Of a stretch of 64,000 nucleotides of DNA, positions 61,205 through 64,000 are shown piece by piece. The position numbers were made by a program, and so were the translations under genes. Each line of letters begins with the position of its first letter. The stretch's first letter is position 1. The notes below the pieces were generated by a model that was not told where the DNA came from, did no database searches, and saw nothing but the letters and a program-made list of their open reading frames with translations. This stretch comes from Candidatus Methylomirabilota bacterium (GTDB lineage: Bacteria; Methylomirabilota; Methylomirabilia; Rokubacteriales; CSP1-6): the NCBI GenBank assembly GCA_036556545.1, contig DATBJF010000060.1:16548-80547 (forward strand), written 5' to 3'.

Positions 61205-61607
61205 TTGCGGCGAGCGCCAGCGCGAGGACGCGCATCAGCACGGCCTCCTCGAAGGGCTTGACGAGATAGGCCGTGCCCCCGAGGCGGCCGGCGCGCGACC
61301 GGCTGACGGCATCGTCCCGTCCCGTCATGAAGATCGTGGGGACGGCATTCTTCGAGGTGGTCATGCACTCGTAGACGTCGAAGCCGCTGGTCGTGCCGAG
61401 ATGGATGTCGAGCAGGACGGCCGCGCAGGACAGCCGTCCGGCTCGCAGCCTCTCGAGGAACGGCTCCGCACAGGTGTACGCCTCGGCGCGGAGGCCATGA
61501 GAGCTCAGCAGCGTCGTCAACGCTCGGCACAGTGACGGATCGTCGTCGACGATACAGACCACCGGCCGACGGCGCCGCCCTCCCATGGTGGTACGACGGG
61601 CCGCCAC
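61194..61607 (-). CDS. Stand-alone receiver (REC) domain response regulator
   Basis: VVCIVDDDPSLCRALTTLL...VLLDIHLG...IFMTGRDD...YLVKPF. No output domain. Start is GTG 61607 or ATG 61586. The 3' end overlaps the SYLF gene by 11 nt. Confidence 0.8.
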   Translation of the reverse strand: MAARRTTMGGRRRRPVVCIVDDDPSLCRALTTLLSSHGLRAEAYTCAEPFLERLRAGRLSCAAVLLDIHLGTTSGFDVYECMTTSKNAVPTIFMTGRDDAVSRSRAGRLGGTAYLVKPFEEAVLMRVLALALAATTD

Positions 61608-61637
61608 TGCCTCGTATTCGCGCAGGTGGCGAAGGGG

Positions 61638-63080
61638 CTAGGCCCCTCCGGCGGAGACGTAGCGCTCGGCGACGGGCACCTTGACGGGCCAGCCGGCATC
61701 GAGCCGCGCCTCCTGCGTGGTCCCGTTCGCCACGGCCATCTGCGCGGCGTCCCACGTCCCGCCGCCGCGGCCAAGGACCTGCGCCACGGTTTCTCCGGCG
61801 CCCGCCGGCCGAATGCGCAACCGACTGTGAACGAGGGGCTCGCGATCGGAAGAGCGCAATGGCCGGAAGCTCTCCGTGGCGCGTTCGAGAGTGCCACCGT
61901 GCCGGTCCCAGGCCGAGCCCTTCGCAATCCCGGTCACGCGGATGATCCGGTGCCGGTGCGCGATCCACGTCAGCGTGACGCGATCACCGTCGCGGGTGTT
62001 GGCCACCAGGCCGGCCGCGGGAAGCGACGCGATCTGTCGGCGCTTGAGCTGCTTCAGCGAAGCCTCCCCGAGGCCGTCCGCCTTCGCACCAGCCACCGGA
62101 TCGTCGCCGGCCGTCACCGCGTGCACGATCATGGCGGCGTCGCCGTCCGGGGCAAGCGCGCCGGCGGCTTCGCGACTCTTCAGGGTCTTCCACCTCGCCG
62201 GCATCTCCAGCGCGACGTCCAGCTCGGGATGCACGAAGCGCGATCCCACGAACACGCCGATGGCCGGATTGTCGCCGACCACGAGGCCGTCGAGGCGACG
62301 GACGAAGGCGTCGCGCGCTCGCGCGGGGGGGGTCGCCGTCTTCGTCGGTGCCAGCGCCGCAGCTTCGATCCTGGCGACCCGTTCGGGCGCGGTCGGATGG
62401 CTGGCGAAGAACCGCACCCGGCCTGGATCCTTGCCCGCGAGCGCATCCTCGCGCTCCATCGTGCGGAGCGCGCGCGCGAGCCCGCGCGGATCCCAGCCCG
62501 CGCGAGCCGCCAGCGCGATGCCGCGGTCGTCGGCCTCGCGCTCCTGGTCGCGGGTGTACGAGGCAAGCGCGGCGCCGGAGGCGAGCCGGCCCGTCCCGCT
62601 GACGATGTCGCCGACGGTCGGACTGACGGTGCCGAGGATCGCGGCCGGCACGCCGAAGAGCACCGCGAACGGCGTGGCGGCTTCCGCGCGTCGCACGGCG
62701 TGGCGCTCGAGGACGTGAGCCATCTCGTGGCCGAGCACGCCTGCCAGCTCGTCCTCGCTGTTGAGCAGGACGAGCAGGCCGCGCGTCACGTAGCACCAGC
62801 CGCCCGGCAGCGCGAAGGCATTGGCGGAGGCGTCATCGGCAATGCTGAACTCCCAGCTGATGTCGCTCCGCTGCGCCGCCTCCGCCAGCCGCGCGCCCAC
62901 CTGGCGGACGTAGCCGAGCACTCTCGGCTCCTGGACGAGCCCCATCGTCCTCTCGATCTCCTCGGCCTCGCCGCGCCCCAGCTCCCGCTCTCTGGCCGGG
63001 GAGATCGTGCCGCAGCCCGCGCTCAGCATCGCCGCGGCGGCGATGAGCCCGCGGCTCCACTCCCGGCGTGTCAGCTCCAT
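61638..63080 (-). CDS. M48-family zinc metalloprotease lipoprotein with C-terminal extension
   Basis: Lipobox LSAGC. HExxH motif in GVLGHEMAHVLERH. Downstream EREADDRG. An extra C-terminal region of about 230 aa. Confidence 0.9.
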   Translation of the reverse strand: MELTRREWSRGLIAAAAMLSAGCGTISPARERELGRGEAEEIERTMGLVQEPRVLGYVRQVGARLAEAAQRSDISWEFSIADDASANAFALPGGWCYVTRGLLVLLNSEDELAGVLGHEMAHVLERHAVRRAEAATPFAVLFGVPAAILGTVSPTVGDIVSGTGRLASGAALASYTRDQEREADDRGIALAARAGWDPRGLARALRTMEREDALAGKDPGRVRFFASHPTAPERVARIEAAALAPTKTATPPARARDAFVRRLDGLVVGDNPAIGVFVGSRFVHPELDVALEMPARWKTLKSREAAGALAPDGDAAMIVHAVTAGDDPVAGAKADGLGEASLKQLKRRQIASLPAAGLVANTRDGDRVTLTWIAHRHRIIRVTGIAKGSAWDRHGGTLERATESFRPLRSSDREPLVHSRLRIRPAGAGETVAQVLGRGGGTWDAAQMAVANGTTQEARLDAGWPVKVPVAERYVSAGGA

Positions 63081-63093
63081 GCTTCGCCCGCCC

Positions 63094-63978
63094 TCACAGT
63101 ACGATCTGGAGCAGCCGGTGCAGGAGCTCTTCCAGTGACACCATCGTGAGGAGCAACGGAGCGATCGGCAACAGCGTGATCACCGCAAGCTGCACCACCG
63201 CATCCCTGGTGACCGGTACGACGCGCATGCTCCGGACGAGCTCGTAGCTGTTGCCGAGGTCGGCCAGGGACTGGATGTCGGCGCTGCCCAGGAGCGGCTC
63301 GGCCGGCGGGCGGCCGCCGCGCAGCCACTTGTCGTCGAACTCCCGTGCGTAGTGCTGCGCGAGGGCGCCGTACTCGCGCAGCCCGATGCGACGCGCCGCC
63401 GCGAGCTGCGGCATGAACATCAGGAGGGGCGCCAGGACGATGAGCAGCAGGAATGCCACCACCACGCCGATCTCGGCCTTGAAGTCCGGCAAGCTCGCCC
63501 CGTCGAAGAAGATGCGGCTCGCCAGCCATCCGGCCAGCAGCGTCCCGTGCGCGGCCAGGAGCGGCGCGAACGCGACGACGGTGCCTGACAGGAAGCCGAG
63601 ACCGGCCACACGATCGGGATGCGTGGGGATCAGGCTGAGCGTGCACCTCGCCACGTGCCAGAGGAAGCGCGTCCATATGAAGAGGCGGAAGTACCAGCGG
63701 AGCAGGATGAACTGGAACAGCGGGAGGCTCACGTACGCGAACCACCAGCCGGCCGGTGAGAGCACCCGTCCGCCCTGTCCGGGCACCGCCTGCCAGGTCG
63801 CCACGCCGAGGCTGCCATAGTATGGCCAGACGAAGACGCTGCTGACGTACACGAGGACCACGAGCACGACTTCGGCCGCCACCGAGTTCCGCAGGCGCTG
63901 GGCGCCCGCGACCGCCGCGTCGAAGCGCGCGCGGGACACGGCCGGAATCAGGTCACGCTCGAAGAACTGCCGGACCAC
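63094..63978 (-). CDS. Hypothetical polytopic membrane protein (5' end possibly beyond window)
   Basis: Five or six hydrophobic helices (VVLVVLVYVSSVFVW, WWFAYVSLPLFQFILLRWYF, GVVVAFLLLIVLAPLLMFM). The frame stays open from the GTG at 63978 to position 64000. No family recognised. Confidence 0.6.
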   Translation of the reverse strand: MVRQFFERDLIPAVSRARFDAAVAGAQRLRNSVAAEVVLVVLVYVSSVFVWPYYGSLGVATWQAVPGQGGRVLSPAGWWFAYVSLPLFQFILLRWYFRLFIWTRFLWHVARCTLSLIPTHPDRVAGLGFLSGTVVAFAPLLAAHGTLLAGWLASRIFFDGASLPDFKAEIGVVVAFLLLIVLAPLLMFMPQLAAARRIGLREYGALAQHYAREFDDKWLRGGRPPAEPLLGSADIQSLADLGNSYELVRSMRVVPVTRDAVVQLAVITLLPIAPLLLTMVSLEELLHRLLQIVL

Positions 63979-64000
63979 CGGTCGCAGCCGCTGATGGACC

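Noticed and set aside
1-64000. Search for CRISPR arrays, tRNA/rRNA genes, IS elements, integrases, prophage or defence-system genes (restriction, Cas, retron, toxin-antitoxin).
   Set aside because: No spaced direct repeats and no tRNA-like or rRNA-like stretches are present. No transposase, integrase, nuclease or reverse-transcriptase motifs were seen in any supported ORF. The window looks like core or accessory-metabolic chromosome, not a mobile island.

Overview
64-kb, visibly very GC-rich (roughly 70% by eye, not computed), almost gap-free chromosomal segment. It comes from a diderm bacterium, judged by an OprD-type porin, a NodT-type outer-membrane factor and an Mce/PqiC-type envelope transporter. 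I support about 50 protein-coding genes, two of them cut by the window edges. I saw no rRNA, tRNA, CRISPR array, transposase or integrase. Content from left to right: (i) A translationally coupled minus-strand cassette of three glycosyltransferases, an HPr-kinase-like P-loop protein and an APH-like kinase, flanked by a SAM methyltransferase and an NTP_transf_5-like nucleotidyltransferase. (ii) A CNNM/CorC transporter, a ~1330-aa CheB-CheR-PAS-HisKA-REC fusion, and an ECF sigma / ChrR-like anti-sigma pair. (iii) A hexaheme cytochrome c + Tat-exported GMC flavoprotein + KARI-like reductase operon, divergent from a FixJ/NarL-type response regulator. (iv) A DUF3300/DUF2950 pair and a secreted-protein/CBS/thiolase operon. 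(v) A rifampicin-phosphotransferase-like PEP-utilising enzyme, a PAP2 phosphatase, a flippase-like protein, and an MMPL/RND exporter with an in-frame MlaC-like module. (vi) An Orn/Lys/Arg decarboxylase + AspT/YidE-family exchanger + OprD porin operon, followed by FabI. (vii) A DUF3141-Pta-AckA operon, an AI-2E transporter and a tripartite RND efflux pump. (viii) An extended Mce/Mla-type ABC operon, a FixL-type PAS histidine kinase, a SYLF protein, an orphan receiver and an M48 protease. The most interesting signal not explained by gene calls is a recurring palindromic cis-element with core GGAC-N4-GTCC. It occurs as six exact copies of GACCAAGGTC/GACCTTGGTC plus a GGACGTTGG sub-family. It sits at most operon boundaries between 18 and 61 kb and is built like the DosR box of NarL-family regulators. 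All functional calls rest on my recognition of motifs in the supplied translations and on reading the DNA; no database search or statistics program was run.
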